Positions 41,403-53,532 of a stretch of DNA of 64,000 bases are shown here, piece by piece (position 1 is the first letter of the stretch; each line of letters starts with the position of its first letter). The notes below the pieces were generated by a model, which saw nothing but the letters and a program-made list of their open reading frames with translations, did not search any database and was not told the origin of the DNA. Source of the stretch: Candidatus Omnitrophota bacterium (lineage in GTDB: Bacteria > Omnitrophota > Gorgyraeia > Gygaellales > Profunditerraquicolaceae); NCBI GenBank assembly GCA_003598025.1, contig QZKH01000002.1, positions 270,501 through 334,500 on the forward strand, read 5' to 3'. The position numbers and the translations under genes are program-made.

Positions 41403-43958
41403 ATGAAGGATAAGAAAATATACCTGGTTGATGCAACAGCTTTTTGTTATAGGGCTTTCTACGCGCTGAAAGACTTAAAGACATCCTTTGGCCTGCCGAC
41501 TAATGCCATATATGGTTTTGTGAATATGCTCAACAAGCTGCTTAGCGAGCATAAGCCTGAGTACATTGGCGTATGTTTTGATGTTTCCAGGGATACTTTC
41601 AGGCAGAAGAAGTACGCAGAATATAAGATGCAGAGGCCTCCTATGCCTGACGGCCTGGCAGAGCAGATGGGTTATATCAAAGAGATCATAACTGCCAGCG
41701 GCATAAAGCTCATAGAAAAAGAAGGGTTCGAGGCTGATGATATAATCGCAACAATAACAAAGCGCGCAAGGCAGGCCGGTTTTTGCGTGGTTATTATCAG
41801 CTCAGATAAAGATATGCTTCAGCTTGTCGGAGAAGGGGTGGTGGTTATCAGCCCGCATAAAGACGGAGATATAGTATATGACCAGGATAAGGTAGTGGAG
41901 CGTTTTGGAGTAAAACCTTCTTCTATAATCGATATTATATCTTTGATGGGTGATGATGTTGATAATATACCCGGTGTAAAGGGTATAGGAGAAAAGACTG
42001 CCGTATCTTTAGTCAAGGTTTTCGGCTCAGCAGATGAATTAATATCAAGGGTGGATGAAGTAAAACAGGAGAAAATCAGGAGCAGCATCATCGATAATGC
42101 AGAAATTATCAGACTGAGCAGGGAGCTGGCCTTGCTTGACAGCAATGTTGATATTGATTTTAGCCTGCAGGATTTACGTCCTGTAGGTCCGGATAATAAT
42201 GCGCTTGCCAGGCTATATAAACACCTTGAGTTTAAGAAATGGCTTAAAGATCTGGATAAGAATGAACCTGCTAATAATGAACATAAGCAGGAGGTTCTGG
42301 CGATACCAGACAGCCAGCTCAGCAGCATCATCAAGGGCGCCAACCTGCTCTATTTATCCGGGCAATCTTTTGATAGCCTTTATTTATCAACAGGAAAAGA
42401 TTTTTTTAAAGTAAATAACCCGGGCCAGAACCTAAGAATCGTATTGCAGGACCCTTCGATCCTTAAAATAGGGCACAACCTCAAGAGACTTAAGTTCGTT
42501 TTAGCCAGGGAAAACGTTGATTTAAAAGGCCTATATTTTGACACCATGATAGCCGGGTATGTTTTAAACCCTGCTAAGGCCAACAATCTTATCAGCGATA
42601 TTGCATTTGATTATCTGGATAGGCCGGTTAAATTCAACCCCGATGACGGAATAAGTTCCCTTGAATTAATAATTGAGTTAAAAGAGCTTCTGGAAGATGA
42701 GCTGAATAAAAAATCCCTAATCAATCTTTTTAAAGAAATAGAAATGCCTATGGCTGAAGTCCTGTCTGAGATGGAGATAGGCGGGATAAAAATAGATTCA
42801 AAATTGCTTAATGATATCTCCAAAGAACTGGAAAAAAGACTTATTGCCCTTGTTGATGATATCTATAAATTAAGCGGCACCCAGTTTAATATAAATTCAC
42901 CAAAGCAGTTAAGGGATGTGCTCTTTGAAAGATTGAAACTTCCCGTCGTAAGGCGCAGTAAAACCGGGCCCTCGACAGATGAGGGGGTTTTAACGACCCT
43001 TGCTAAGAAACACGAACTTCCTGCCTTGCTTCTTGAATACAGGCAGCTGACTAAATTAAAGAATACCTATATCGATACACTGCCGAATCTTGTCAATAAA
43101 GACACAGGCATGCTGCATACTTCTTTTAATCAGACCCTGACTGAGACGGGCAGGCTCAGCTCCAGCAATCCAAACCTTCAGAACATACCGGTCAAGACTG
43201 AGATTGGCAGGCAGATAAGAAGGGCAGTGATTGCTTTTGATAAAGGCAGCAGGTTATTGTCCTGCGATTATTCACAGATAGAACTCAGGGTTTTGGCGCA
43301 TTTATCCAAAGACGAAAACCTGATTAGCGCATTCAGAAATAATAAAGACATCCACAAAGCGACTGCTTCTTTGATTTATTCTGTAGAAGAGCCCCAGGTC
43401 CAGGATTATATGCGTGAGACAGCCAAAAGGGTAAATTTCGGCATAATTTACGGCCTCACATCTTTTGGATTATCGCGTGATCTTGACATATCCCAGGACG
43501 AGGCCCAGAGTTTTATCGACGCTTATTTCATAAGATTTCCCAAAGTCAAAGAGTATATAAATTCCCAGATAGATACAGCTCAAAAGAACGGGTTTGTCAC
43601 TACTCTGCTTGGCAGGAGGAGGTACCTGCCTGATATAAGCAGCAAAAACCAATCTATAAGGCAGCTGGCGCAGCGCCAGGCAGTAAATACCCCTATACAG
43701 GGAAGCGCCTCCGACCTTATAAAATTAGCGATGATCAGGATACAAAAAGAAATATCTGCTGCCAGGTTAAAATCAAAGATGATCCTGCAGGTGCATGATG
43801 AACTGATTTTTAATGTCCCGAACGGAGAGATGGATGTTTTCTCTAAGATGGTAAAGAATGCCATGGAGCATGTGCTTGTTCTTGATGTCCCTATTACGGT
43901 AGATATGAAGTCAGGTTTAAACTGGCTGGATATGAAGGAGCTGAAATTAAATGATTGA
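41403..43958 (+). CDS. polA: DNA polymerase I (5'-3' exonuclease + vestigial 3'-5' exonuclease + polymerase)
   Basis: 5' nuclease N-terminus, polymerase motifs 'DYSQIELR', 'RRxxKxxNFGxxYG', 'QVHDEL'; 851 aa. Confidence 0.92.
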   Translation: MKDKKIYLVDATAFCYRAFYALKDLKTSFGLPTNAIYGFVNMLNKLLSEHKPEYIGVCFDVSRDTFRQKKYAEYKMQRPPMPDGLAEQMGYIKEIITASGIKLIEKEGFEADDIIATITKRARQAGFCVVIISSDKDMLQLVGEGVVVISPHKDGDIVYDQDKVVERFGVKPSSIIDIISLMGDDVDNIPGVKGIGEKTAVSLVKVFGSADELISRVDEVKQEKIRSSIIDNAEIIRLSRELALLDSNVDIDFSLQDLRPVGPDNNALARLYKHLEFKKWLKDLDKNEPANNEHKQEVLAIPDSQLSSIIKGANLLYLSGQSFDSLYLSTGKDFFKVNNPGQNLRIVLQDPSILKIGHNLKRLKFVLARENVDLKGLYFDTMIAGYVLNPAKANNLISDIAFDYLDRPVKFNPDDGISSLELIIELKELLEDELNKKSLINLFKEIEMPMAEVLSEMEIGGIKIDSKLLNDISKELEKRLIALVDDIYKLSGTQFNINSPKQLRDVLFERLKLPVVRRSKTGPSTDEGVLTTLAKKHELPALLLEYRQLTKLKNTYIDTLPNLVNKDTGMLHTSFNQTLTETGRLSSSNPNLQNIPVKTEIGRQIRRAVIAFDKGSRLLSCDYSQIELRVLAHLSKDENLISAFRNNKDIHKATASLIYSVEEPQVQDYMRETAKRVNFGIIYGLTSFGLSRDLDISQDEAQSFIDAYFIRFPKVKEYINSQIDTAQKNGFVTTLLGRRRYLPDISSKNQSIRQLAQRQAVNTPIQGSASDLIKLAMIRIQKEISAARLKSKMILQVHDELIFNVPNGEMDVFSKMVKNAMEHVLVLDVPITVDMKSGLNWLDMKELKLND

Positions 43959-45339
43959 GGTGTTGTATTGTTCTTCTGAAGTTGTCCCGTTTGCAAAAAC
44001 AGGCGGCCTTGCCGATGTTTCTGGTGCGCTGCCTTTATCTTTAGAGAAACTCGGCGTAAAAGTAAATATCGTTATGCCTTTATATTCCTTGGTGGACAGG
44101 GCTAAATTCAAGCTCTCCAAAGCAGGAAATGCAACTTATAAGGCAGTTATCGGCAGCAGGATTAATATATTTTTTATAGAGAATAAGGCTTTCTTTGACA
44201 GACCGTCTTTATATACGGATTCCAACGGTGATTATAAGGATAACCTTGAAAGGTTTTCCTATTATTGCAATAGGTCGCTTGCGCTGATTAAAGAATTTAG
44301 CCTTAAGCCGGATGTTATCCACTGCAATGATTGGCAGACATGCCTGATACCGGTTTATCTAAAGGCAAATTATTCAAAAGACCCTTATTATAAAAATATA
44401 AAGACACTTTTAACGCTTCATAACCTTGGTTACCAGGGGATTTTTCCTAAAGAAGAATATCCCAAACTTGGATTAGATAATTCATTTTTCAGCGTTGATG
44501 GATTGGAATTTTACGGCAAGGTGAATTTGCTTAAGGCGGGCATAAGGTTTTGCGATATTATTAATACCGTCAGCCCGAGGTACAGCCGGGATATACAGAC
44601 TTCGGAGTTTGGTTTCGGGCTTGAAGGATTATTGAAGGAGCGTTCCGACAGGCTTTATGGAATATTAAACGGCATAGATTATTCTATATGGGATCCCCGG
44701 AAAGACGATTTTATCGCCAGGAAATTTTCACCGGAAGACGTGCATTTAAAAACAGTAAATAAAAATGACCTGCAGAAAGTCTGTTCTCTCCCGCAGAAAG
44801 ATGTGCCGGTAGTCGGCATGGTTTCCCGGATAGTGGAGCACAAGGGTTTTGACATTATCTGCGAGGCTATTGATAAGATATGCAGTCTGCCGCTTCAAGT
44901 GGTCATCCTGGGCAAGGGAGAAGATAGATACGAGAAATTACTTAAAGCCGCAGCCAAAAAATACCCCGGGAAAATATCTGTCAATTTTGCTTTTGATGAT
45001 CTCCTGGCGCATAAAATATATGCAGGTGCAGACATGTTTCTGATGCCTTCTCAATATGAACCTTGCGGCCTTGGGCAGATGATAAGCCTTAAGTACGGCA
45101 GTATACCGATTGTTTTTAATACCGGAGGTTTAGCTGACAGCGTAAATGAAGATAACGGCTTTGTCTTTTATAAGTATGGCTGTAATCCGCTTGCGGAAAC
45201 AGTAAAAAAAGCTCTTGCCGTTTACACTGATAAGAAAGAGTGGGCTAAATTAGTAGTTAATGCGATGGAAGCGGACTTCTCTTGGGAAAGATCCGCCAGG
45301 CAATACATAAAGCTGTATGAGAAAGCAAAAGAAATATAA
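43951..45339 (+). CDS. glgA: Glycogen synthase (ADP-glucose type, GT5)
   Basis: 'VVPFAKTGGLADV' N-terminal signature; 462 aa. Confidence 0.9.
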   Translation: MIEVLYCSSEVVPFAKTGGLADVSGALPLSLEKLGVKVNIVMPLYSLVDRAKFKLSKAGNATYKAVIGSRINIFFIENKAFFDRPSLYTDSNGDYKDNLERFSYYCNRSLALIKEFSLKPDVIHCNDWQTCLIPVYLKANYSKDPYYKNIKTLLTLHNLGYQGIFPKEEYPKLGLDNSFFSVDGLEFYGKVNLLKAGIRFCDIINTVSPRYSRDIQTSEFGFGLEGLLKERSDRLYGILNGIDYSIWDPRKDDFIARKFSPEDVHLKTVNKNDLQKVCSLPQKDVPVVGMVSRIVEHKGFDIICEAIDKICSLPLQVVILGKGEDRYEKLLKAAAKKYPGKISVNFAFDDLLAHKIYAGADMFLMPSQYEPCGLGQMISLKYGSIPIVFNTGGLADSVNEDNGFVFYKYGCNPLAETVKKALAVYTDKKEWAKLVVNAMEADFSWERSARQYIKLYEKAKEI

Positions 45340-45931
45340 TAAAAAATTAGTCATCGGCTTGACCGGTAATTTCGGCAGCGGCAAGTCCACCGTGGCAGGT
45401 CTATTCCGTGAGCTCGGCGCTTATGTGATAGATGCTGATAAACTCGCGCGCAAGGCAGTTTCCCCCGGGGCAAAGGCTTACAATAAGATAGTAAAGGTTT
45501 TCGGTAAGGCGATTTTAAGGAAGAACGGGCATATTGATAGGGTACGCCTTGCAGGCCGTGTATTTTGCGACAGGAAGGCTTTGGTAAGTTTGAACAGCAT
45601 CATTCATCCTGAAGTAATCAGGGCCATAAAAGAGAAAATATCTGCCAGTAAATACAGGATAATACTGCTTGATGTCCCTTTATTGATTGAGTCAGGGTTG
45701 AGCCGCATATCAGATAAAGTGATCGTGGTTAAGGCCTCAGCAAATACGATAGCTCGGAGGCTTTCAGGTAAAAGAGGTTTCAGCATTCAAGAGATTAAGG
45801 ATAGGACTAAAAACCAGATGCCTATCCGGGATAAACTCCGCTTAGCGGATTTTGTAATAGATAATAACCGCAGTTTCAAAAATACAAGCGTACAGGTAGA
45901 AAAAATAAGGAGGAAGTTGTGGAAAAGTTAG
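45317..45931 (+). CDS. coaE: Dephospho-CoA kinase
   Basis: '[13 protein letters not shown]', 'VIDADKLAR'. Confidence 0.85.
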   Translation: MRKQKKYNKKLVIGLTGNFGSGKSTVAGLFRELGAYVIDADKLARKAVSPGAKAYNKIVKVFGKAILRKNGHIDRVRLAGRVFCDRKALVSLNSIIHPEVIRAIKEKISASKYRIILLDVPLLIESGLSRISDKVIVVKASANTIARRLSGKRGFSIQEIKDRTKNQMPIRDKLRLADFVIDNNRSFKNTSVQVEKIRRKLWKS

Positions 45932-47175
45932 TAATAAGCGAATTAAAAGATAAGAAAATATCCGAGTTGAACAAGATTGCCAAGGCGATGAATATTAACG
46001 GCATAAGCGGTTTGAGAAAACAAGAGATGATATTTAAATTGCTGCAGGCGCAGGCGGAGAAAGAGGGCCTGATGTTCGGGGAGGGCATATTGGAGATACT
46101 CCCTGAAGGCTTCGGGTTCTTGCGGTCAACCAATTATAATTATTTACCGTGCCCTGACGATATATACATATCTCCTTCTCAAATCAGAAAATTTGACCTA
46201 AGGACGGGGGATACCGTATCAGGCCAGATCAGGCCGCCGAAGGAGGGAGAAAAATATTTTGCCCTTCTTAAGGTGGAAGCGGTGAATTTTGAGAATCCCG
46301 AAGATGCAAAAGAAAAAGTCCTTTTTGACAACCTTACTCCTATTTATCCCCAGGAGAGATTCAACCTTGAGACAAAACCCGAGGAATTGTCGATGAGGGT
46401 CATGGACCTGCTTACACCTATAGGCAAAGGCCAGAGAGGCTTGATTGTCGCCCAGCCCTACAGCGGAAAGACAGTATTGCTGCAGAAGATAGCCAATGCC
46501 ATAACCACAAATCATCCGGAATCTATCTTGATCGTTCTTCTAATAGATGAAAGGCCGGAAGAGGTTACGGATATGCAGAGGCATGTTAACGGCGAGGTGG
46601 TTTCTTCTACCTTTGACGAGCCTCCGGAGAGGCATTTGCAGGTCGCTGAGATCGTATTGGAAAAAGCTAAGCGCCTTGTAGAGCACAAGAAAGATGTGGT
46701 TATACTTTTAGACAGTATCACAAGGCTTGCCAGGGCTTATAACTCTGTAATCCCGCATAGCGGCAAGGTTTTATCCGGCGGTATTGATTCCAACGCCTTG
46801 CAGAAACCTAAGAGGTTCTTCGGTGCCGCAAGAGGGCTTGAGGAAGGCGGAAGCCTCACGATTATTGCCACAGCTCTTATCGATACCGGCAGCAGGATGG
46901 ACGAGGTAATATTTGAAGAGTTCAAGGGCACCGGCAACATGGAGCTCCAGCTTGACCGCAATCTTTTCCAGCGCAGGATATATCCGGCGATTGATATAAA
47001 AAGGTCGAATACACGCCATGAGGAGCTGCTTATGAAGCAGGAAAAGCTCCAAAAAATATGGATATTAAGGAAAGTGCTTAATGAGCTGAATAACGTCGAG
47101 GCGATGGAGCTTCTGATAGAAAAGCTGGCCAAGACCAAGAACAACGAAGAGTTTTTAAACAGTATGAACCATTAA
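45919..47175 (+). CDS. rho: Transcription termination factor Rho
   Basis: N-terminal '[11 protein letters not shown]', '[15 protein letters not shown]', Walker A 'AQPYSGKT', '[11 protein letters not shown]'; GTG start after SD AGGAGG. Confidence 0.92.
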   Translation: MEKLVISELKDKKISELNKIAKAMNINGISGLRKQEMIFKLLQAQAEKEGLMFGEGILEILPEGFGFLRSTNYNYLPCPDDIYISPSQIRKFDLRTGDTVSGQIRPPKEGEKYFALLKVEAVNFENPEDAKEKVLFDNLTPIYPQERFNLETKPEELSMRVMDLLTPIGKGQRGLIVAQPYSGKTVLLQKIANAITTNHPESILIVLLIDERPEEVTDMQRHVNGEVVSSTFDEPPERHLQVAEIVLEKAKRLVEHKKDVVILLDSITRLARAYNSVIPHSGKVLSGGIDSNALQKPKRFFGAARGLEEGGSLTIIATALIDTGSRMDEVIFEEFKGTGNMELQLDRNLFQRRIYPAIDIKRSNTRHEELLMKQEKLQKIWILRKVLNELNNVEAMELLIEKLAKTKNNEEFLNSMNH

Positions 47176-47203
47176 TGTTGGAGAATTAAAAACAGGAGGA
47201 AGA

Positions 47204-47410
47204 ATGAAAGAAAAAATACACCCCAATTACAAAGACTGTACGATAGTATGTGCATGCGGAGAGACGATCCATACCCGTTCCACAAAACCGAACATAAGGG
47301 TAGAGGTCTGTTCTAAGTGCCATCCTTATTTTACGGGAAAGCAAAAGTTTGTTGATTCAGCGGGAAGGGTAGAGAAGTTTATTAAGAAGTATAAGAAATC
47401 AAATGGCTGA
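47204..47410 (+). CDS. rpmE: 50S ribosomal protein L31 (Zn-ribbon type)
   Basis: 'MKEKIHPNY...CACGE...[13 protein letters not shown]'. Confidence 0.92.
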   Translation: MKEKIHPNYKDCTIVCACGETIHTRSTKPNIRVEVCSKCHPYFTGKQKFVDSAGRVEKFIKKYKKSNG

Positions 47411-48482
47411 AAAACTTGATTTGTCAAAATATCAGGCTTTTGAAAAACGATATAGCGAACTTGAGCACTTGTTGGCTTCTCAGGAGGTGATAGCTGACAA
47501 AGAGCAATACAGCAGGCTTGCCAAGGAACTTTCTTCCATATCCAATAAAGTATCATTGTTCAGGGAATATGAGAAGACAGCAAGGAATATTGACGAGCTT
47601 AAGGCTATGCTGAGCGCCAAGCATGATAAAGAATTCATTGAGCTTGCTAACAGCGAATTACATGAGCTCAAAGAGAAGAAACAACAGCTGGAGAAAAGCC
47701 TTATTGAGGCATTGAAAGCCAGGGATGAAGAATCCGGTAAAGATGTCATAGTGGAGATCCGCCAGGGTACCGGGGGCATGGAGGCAGGGCTGTTTGCCGC
47801 TGACCTCTTCAGGATGTATTCCAAATATGCCTTAACCAAGAATTGGGCCGTAGAGGTAATGTCATCCCACCCTACTGAATTAGGCGGGTTCAAGGAAATA
47901 GTCTTTGCTATAAAAGGCAAGGATGTTTTTAAACATATGAGATTTGAAAGCGGAGTGCATAGGGTGCAGCGCGTCCCTCACACCGAAGCCCAGGGCCGAA
48001 TACACACTTCGACTGCTACTGTTGCAGTATTAGTTGAGCCCGAAGACGTAGAGCTTGTCATTGACCCTAAAGACCTAAGGATTGATACTTACAGGTCTTC
48101 AGGCCCCGGAGGCCAGCATATGCAGAAGAGCGATTCGGCAGTGCGTATTACCCATATACCTACGGGAATGGTTGTAGCCTGCCAGGATGAACGGTCTCAG
48201 CTTAAGAATAAAACAAAGGCAATGAGGATTTTAAGAGCAAGGCTATTGGAGGTAAAGAGGGAAACAGAATTTAAAAAGGTCTCAGAAGAGCGTAAATCTC
48301 AAATCGGGAGCGGAGACAGGAGCGAAAAAATACGAACCTATAATTTCCCTGACAGGCGGGTTACTGACCACCGGATAAACTTTACTTCTCACAGGCTTGA
48401 GTCCGTATTAGAAGGCGATATGGATGAATTAATATCGGCCATTATCAAAGCTAACGAGGATAAGCTGAATGAACGAAGCTGA
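47403..48482 (+). CDS. prfA: Peptide chain release factor 1
   Basis: '[19 protein letters not shown]' GGQ motif; '[17 protein letters not shown]' (PxT region). Confidence 0.9.
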   Translation: MAEKLDLSKYQAFEKRYSELEHLLASQEVIADKEQYSRLAKELSSISNKVSLFREYEKTARNIDELKAMLSAKHDKEFIELANSELHELKEKKQQLEKSLIEALKARDEESGKDVIVEIRQGTGGMEAGLFAADLFRMYSKYALTKNWAVEVMSSHPTELGGFKEIVFAIKGKDVFKHMRFESGVHRVQRVPHTEAQGRIHTSTATVAVLVEPEDVELVIDPKDLRIDTYRSSGPGGQHMQKSDSAVRITHIPTGMVVACQDERSQLKNKTKAMRILRARLLEVKRETEFKKVSEERKSQIGSGDRSEKIRTYNFPDRRVTDHRINFTSHRLESVLEGDMDELISAIIKANEDKLNERS

Positions 48483-49263
48483 ACTTGTATTTACGGATGT
48501 CCTGCAGTGCGATAGAGTGTCTTTATATTCCGCAAGAGGTGTTATACTTAACCGCAGGCAGCTTTCTAAGATTTCTAGCGTATTTAAACGCAGGCTTAAC
48601 GGAGAGCCCCTTCAGTATATTTTAGGCAAGACCGAATTCATGGGTTTTGAATTTAAGGTAAACAGGAGCGTGCTTATCCCCAGGCCCGAGACAGAGATCA
48701 TGGTAGAGGAATGCATAGGTATAATAAGAAATATTTCCGCTAAAGGCAAGGCGTCAGTTTTGGATATTGGCACAGGTTCCGGATGCATAGCTGTTTCTTT
48801 GGCAAAATTATGCCCGAAAACATTATCCATCGATGCTGTTGATATATCCGGCGGCGCTCTATCAGTGGCTGCGGATAATGCTCATAGAAACGGAGTTGCA
48901 GGCAGGATAAATTTCATAAAAAGCGATTTATTCAAGGAACTTAATCCGCGGAAGAAATACGACCTCATAGTTTCGAATCCCCCGTATGTAGAAAGAGGTA
49001 TGATAGGCAGATTAGAAAAAGAGATCCATTTTGAGCCGAGGTTAGCGCTTGACGGCGGGGATTCCGGCCTGGATTTCTATAAAGCGATAATTTCTGATGC
49101 GCCTTCATTTATGAAAGAAAACGGATTCATAGTTTTTGAGGCAGGCCTGGGCCAGGCGGAAAGAATAAAAAATATTTTTTACAAAAATGATAAATTTGAG
49201 ATAATAGGTAAGGTTAAAGATTACAATGATATTGAAAGGGTCATAATAGCTAAATATGGATAA
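48469..49263 (+). CDS. prmC: Release-factor glutamine N5-methyltransferase
   Basis: '[13 protein letters not shown]', 'IVSNPPYV'. Confidence 0.88.
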   Translation: MNEAELVFTDVLQCDRVSLYSARGVILNRRQLSKISSVFKRRLNGEPLQYILGKTEFMGFEFKVNRSVLIPRPETEIMVEECIGIIRNISAKGKASVLDIGTGSGCIAVSLAKLCPKTLSIDAVDISGGALSVAADNAHRNGVAGRINFIKSDLFKELNPRKKYDLIVSNPPYVERGMIGRLEKEIHFEPRLALDGGDSGLDFYKAIISDAPSFMKENGFIVFEAGLGQAERIKNIFYKNDKFEIIGKVKDYNDIERVIIAKYG

Positions 49264-50518
49264 ACTTATAATTGAAGGCGGTAATAGGTTAAAAGGCGAA
49301 GTTGAGGTTTCTGGCTCAAAGAATTCGGTACTGCCGATATTTGCGGCAACTCTGTTAACGGACAAGCCCTGTGTGATTAAAGGAGTGCCGATGTTGCGGG
49401 ATACAAATACTATGCTCAAGATCCTTAAGTCATTGGGCAAGAACATCGACCTTGACGGCAAAAATGTCAGGATTACAACGGGTAAACAACTCAAATATTT
49501 TGCGGATTACAAGCTTGTTTCTACCATGCGCGCTTCATTCTGTGTCCTGGGCCCGCTTTTAGGCCGCTTTAAAAAGGCAGAGGTTTCTTTGCCGGGCGGA
49601 TGCGTTATAGGTGTGCGCCCAGTAGACCTGCATTTAAAAGGCATTAAGTCTCTTGGAGCGGATATCAATATCGAATCGGGTTATGTTATTGCCAATGCCA
49701 GAAAATTAAAAGGCGCCTATGTTTATTTGGGAGGCGTATTCGGTTCTTCTGTGCTGGCTACTGATAACGTAATGATGACAGCGGTTTTAGCCAAAGGTAA
49801 AACAGTGATTGAATCTGCTGCCTGCGAGCCTGAGGTAGTAGATTTAGCGGAGTTCCTGATAAAGATGGGAGCTAAGATAAAGGGCCACGGCACCCCGATA
49901 ATTGAGATAGAGGGTGTAAACCACCTGCAAGGTGCTGAGCACGAGATAATCCCTGACAGGATAGAAGCAGGCACCCTGATGGTCGCTGCGCTTATTACGC
50001 GCGGAGATATAACTATAAAAAGAGCATTGTACCAGCATCTGGGCGCGCTTATCGATAAACTGCAGGAAGCAGGTGCAGGCATATATAAGAGTAACGGTTC
50101 AATAAGGGTAAAATATAAGGGAAGGCTAAAGCCAATTAATATTACCACATTGCCTTATCCGGGTTTTCCCACGGATATGCAGGCGCAGGTCATGAGTCTT
50201 ATGACCGTTACTCCCGGGATAAGCCTAATTACAGAAAAGATATACCCTGACCGTTTTATGCATGTTGCCGAACTTAACCGTATGGGAGCGCGTATTCAAA
50301 GAGAGGGTCCGCATGCGGTGGTAGAAGGGGCGAAATCGCTTAGCGGGGCTGCGGTCATGGCATCTGACTTGAGGGCCTCTGCGGGGCTTGTATTAGCCGG
50401 CTTGTGTGCCAAGGGCAGAACTTCAGTTTCCAGGATCTATCATCTTGAACGTGGTTACGAAAATATGGAATCCAAGCTGCAGGGGCTAGGCGCAAAGATA
50501 TGGAGAGAAAAAGAATGA
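49256..50518 (+). CDS. murA: UDP-N-acetylglucosamine 1-carboxyvinyltransferase
   Basis: '[14 protein letters not shown]...[10 protein letters not shown]', catalytic '[15 protein letters not shown]'. Confidence 0.92.
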   Translation: MDKLIIEGGNRLKGEVEVSGSKNSVLPIFAATLLTDKPCVIKGVPMLRDTNTMLKILKSLGKNIDLDGKNVRITTGKQLKYFADYKLVSTMRASFCVLGPLLGRFKKAEVSLPGGCVIGVRPVDLHLKGIKSLGADINIESGYVIANARKLKGAYVYLGGVFGSSVLATDNVMMTAVLAKGKTVIESAACEPEVVDLAEFLIKMGAKIKGHGTPIIEIEGVNHLQGAEHEIIPDRIEAGTLMVAALITRGDITIKRALYQHLGALIDKLQEAGAGIYKSNGSIRVKYKGRLKPINITTLPYPGFPTDMQAQVMSLMTVTPGISLITEKIYPDRFMHVAELNRMGARIQREGPHAVVEGAKSLSGAAVMASDLRASAGLVLAGLCAKGRTSVSRIYHLERGYENMESKLQGLGAKIWREKE

Positions 50519-51081
50519 TTTTAATGATTGATAATTATGACTCATTTACCTATAACTTGGTCCAGTATCTGGGCGAGCTGGGCCAGGACGTAAAAGTCTA
50601 TAGAAATGACAAGATTACTATTAACCAGATTAAAAGGTTAAAGCCGGCTAAGATATTGATTTCTCCCGGTCCGGGCCGGCCGGAGGATGCCGGAATATCT
50701 TGCGCCGTTATAAAAGAACTTGAAGGCAAAGTCCCGATATTAGGGGTTTGTCTGGGGCATCAATGTATAGGTTATGTTTATGGGGGCAAGATAATCAATG
50801 CGCGTAAACTTATGCATGGCAAGACTTCGTTGATTTATCACAATCGTAAAGAAATATTCCGCGGGATCCCTAATCCTTTTGAAGCTACAAGGTATCATTC
50901 ATTGATTGTCGAGCGCAGCTCTCTTCCCGGATGCCTTGAGATAACAGCAAAGACAAAAGAAGGAGAAATAATGGGTTTAAAGCATAAGATTTTTCCGACT
51001 TGGGGCGTGCAATTCCACCCGGAATCCATATTGACAAGATGCGGCAAGGATATACTTGCTAATTTCCTGAAAGCCGCCTGA
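50515..51081 (+). CDS. trpG: Anthranilate/aminodeoxychorismate synthase glutamine amidotransferase component
   Basis: '[19 protein letters not shown]', 'GVCLGHQ', 'VQFHPES'. Confidence 0.82.
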   Translation: MILMIDNYDSFTYNLVQYLGELGQDVKVYRNDKITINQIKRLKPAKILISPGPGRPEDAGISCAVIKELEGKVPILGVCLGHQCIGYVYGGKIINARKLMHGKTSLIYHNRKEIFRGIPNPFEATRYHSLIVERSSLPGCLEITAKTKEGEIMGLKHKIFPTWGVQFHPESILTRCGKDILANFLKAA

Positions 51082-51108
51082 AAGAGTTTTAATCAAAATC
51101 CAAAGCAT

Positions 51109-52116
51109 ATGATCCAGGAAGCTATAACCTTATTAAAAGAAAAAAAGGACTTAAATCCTGAGCAGATGTATTCTGCCATGGAGGAGATAATGGCAGGTAA
51201 AGCCGTTACGGAGGATATTGTCCGGTTTTTGCTGGCCCTGGAGGATAAAGGTTATGCTGTCGAAGAGTTGACTTCTGCAGCCAGGGTAATGCGCAAGTTT
51301 GCCGTGAAGATAAGCCCGAAGGAGAAAGAGATACTGGATACCTGCGGCACGGGTGGTGACCAGAAAGGGACTTTTAATGTTTCTACCGCAGTGGCATTCG
51401 TGGCCAGCGGATGCGGTGTTACTGTAGCAAAGCATGGAAACCGTTCAGTCTCAAGCTGCTGCGGAAGCGCCGATATCCTTGAGTCTTTAGGCGTGAACAT
51501 TGAGATGAGCGTAGAAAAGATAGAGGCATGCCTTGATGATATAGGCATAGCTTTTCTTTTTGCGCAGAGAATGCATCCGGCTATGAAGAACGCCATGCCT
51601 GCCAGAAAGCAGATAGGCAGGAGGACGATATTTAATATATTGGGTCCTTTGGCAAACCCTGCTTCGGCAACACATCAATTGATCGGAGTATTTGAGCCTG
51701 CGCTTACCCGGGATTTAGCCAGCGTATTGATGAAGCTAGGCAGTAAGAGTGCTCTGGTTGTATGCGGTGATGACGGCCTGGATGAAATATCGGTTTCAGA
51801 TTCTACTGTGGTTTCAGAGCTGCGCAATGGCAAGATATCGACTTATAAGATTTTCCCGGAAGATTTTAATATCAAAAGGGTAGATTTGAAATATTTACAA
51901 ACTTCCGATATCGCCGGTAACAAAAAGGTCATAATGGATGTTTTAGGTGGGAGTAAAAGTCCTTGCCGCGATATAGTTGTTTTGAATTCTGCGGCAGCAT
52001 TATTTGCGGCAGGAACCGTCGGTTCTATAAAAAGCGGTATGGGGCTTGCAGCCGAATCTATTGATTCGGGCCGGGCGTTAAGAAAATTAGAACTTTTAAT
52101 CGAATATTCCCGTTAA
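51109..52116 (+). CDS. trpD: Anthranilate phosphoribosyltransferase
   Basis: 'DTCGTGGD', 'KHGNRSVSS'. Confidence 0.9.
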   Translation: MIQEAITLLKEKKDLNPEQMYSAMEEIMAGKAVTEDIVRFLLALEDKGYAVEELTSAARVMRKFAVKISPKEKEILDTCGTGGDQKGTFNVSTAVAFVASGCGVTVAKHGNRSVSSCCGSADILESLGVNIEMSVEKIEACLDDIGIAFLFAQRMHPAMKNAMPARKQIGRRTIFNILGPLANPASATHQLIGVFEPALTRDLASVLMKLGSKSALVVCGDDGLDEISVSDSTVVSELRNGKISTYKIFPEDFNIKRVDLKYLQTSDIAGNKKVIMDVLGGSKSPCRDIVVLNSAAALFAAGTVGSIKSGMGLAAESIDSGRALRKLELLIEYSR

Positions 52117-52120
52117 ACCT

Positions 52121-52903
52121 ATGAAAGACACGCTTAAAGAAATAATAAAAGTTAAGAAAGAAAAATTACTTCTTGCAAAACAAGCCTTGCCCGAAGATGA
52201 GCTTAAATCCAGGCTAACAGGTTTACCCGAGGCCCGTGGTTTCACCCAGGCTATAGCTAAGCCAAAACAGATATCGCTTATTGCTGAGTTGAAGAAAGCC
52301 TCTCCGTCAAAAGGCCTGATACGCCAAGATTTTGACATTGCTAAACTTGCAGCTGCTTACCAGGAGGCCGGGGCACAGGCTATTTCGGTATTGACCGAAG
52401 AAGATTTTTTTCAGGGGAACTTATCTTATCTACAGATAGCCAGAGATAATGCAAACCTCCCTGTTTTAAGGAAAGATTTTATCATGGAGGCATACCAGAT
52501 TTATGAATCCCGTGTTTTTGGAGCCGATGCAGTACTTCTTATAGCAGATATACTTTCTAAGGATAAGCTGGTTGAATTGATGGGGATTTCAAAAGAGCTC
52601 GGACTTGATTGCCTGGTAGAGGTGCATGACGAGAAAGAGCTGAAAAAAGTCCTGAACCTTAAAGTGCCGCTAATCGGTATAAATAACCGTGATCTTCATT
52701 CGCTGGAAGTGGATTTCAAAATAACCGAAAAATTGTTCCCGCTTATCCCTAAAGAAAAAATAGTCGTAGTAGAAAGCGGGATAAAGACTTATCAGGATAT
52801 ATTATTTCTCAAGATTCTCGGGGCAAGCGCCGTACTTATCGGAGAAGCTATTATGAGCAGCCAGGATGTCCGTCAGAAAATAGAAGAAATAATGGGCTGG
52901 TAG
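52121..52903 (+). CDS. trpC: Indole-3-glycerol phosphate synthase
   Basis: 'IAELKKASPSKG', 'LIGINNRDL'. Confidence 0.9.
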   Translation: MKDTLKEIIKVKKEKLLLAKQALPEDELKSRLTGLPEARGFTQAIAKPKQISLIAELKKASPSKGLIRQDFDIAKLAAAYQEAGAQAISVLTEEDFFQGNLSYLQIARDNANLPVLRKDFIMEAYQIYESRVFGADAVLLIADILSKDKLVELMGISKELGLDCLVEVHDEKELKKVLNLKVPLIGINNRDLHSLEVDFKITEKLFPLIPKEKIVVVESGIKTYQDILFLKILGASAVLIGEAIMSSQDVRQKIEEIMGW

Positions 52904-52908
52904 CTTAA

Positions 52909-53532
52909 ATGGTTAAGATAAAAATATGCGGGATAACTAACATTAAAGATGCCCTTGATTCAATCAGGCTGGGGGCGCATGCCTTAGGCTTTGTATTTTA
53001 CAAAAAAAGCCCCAGGTATATACGCCCTATAGATGCAAAGAGCATAATTGAACGTTTGCCTTCGGGGATAATGAAAGTCGGCGTATTTGTCGGGGGAAGC
53101 CGAAAGTCCATAAAAAATATTTTACGTTCGTGTAAACTAGATGCTTTACAATTGCATGGCGGGCAGACGCCGCAGTTCTGCAGAGGATTTAAAGGCTACA
53201 GGGTAATAAAATGCCTCAAGGTAAGAAAAGCTATAGATAAGAAGGAGATAAACAGATATAATGTATATGCTTTGCTTTTTGATACTTTTGACAAGGATGT
53301 TGCCGGGGGGACTGGCCGCAGGTTTGACTGGAAATTATTAAAGGGCATCCCAAGAAATAATAAATTGTTTTTTCTTTCCGGAGGCTTAACAGCCGGAAAT
53401 GTGGGTTTGGCAATAAAAATTGTCCGTCCCGACTGGGTTGATGTTTCTTCATCTTTGGAATCGCGCCCTGGAAAGAAAGACGCAGCCAGGGTCAGAAGAT
53501 TTATAAACGCAGTAAAAAGAACCAAAATATGA
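52909..53532 (+). CDS. trpF: Phosphoribosylanthranilate isomerase
   Basis: '[10 protein letters not shown]', 'LDALQLHG'. Confidence 0.85.
   Translation: MVKIKICGITNIKDALDSIRLGAHALGFVFYKKSPRYIRPIDAKSIIERLPSGIMKVGVFVGGSRKSIKNILRSCKLDALQLHGGQTPQFCRGFKGYRVIKCLKVRKAIDKKEINRYNVYALLFDTFDKDVAGGTGRRFDWKLLKGIPRNNKLFFLSGGLTAGNVGLAIKIVRPDWVDVSSSLESRPGKKDAARVRRFINAVKRTKI

Noticed and set aside
47403-48482. An RF1 PxT tripeptide reading 'PHT' instead of PAT/PVT
   Set aside because: The middle residue of PxT is the variable position, so this is probably a lineage-specific variant and not evidence for altered stop-codon recognition.
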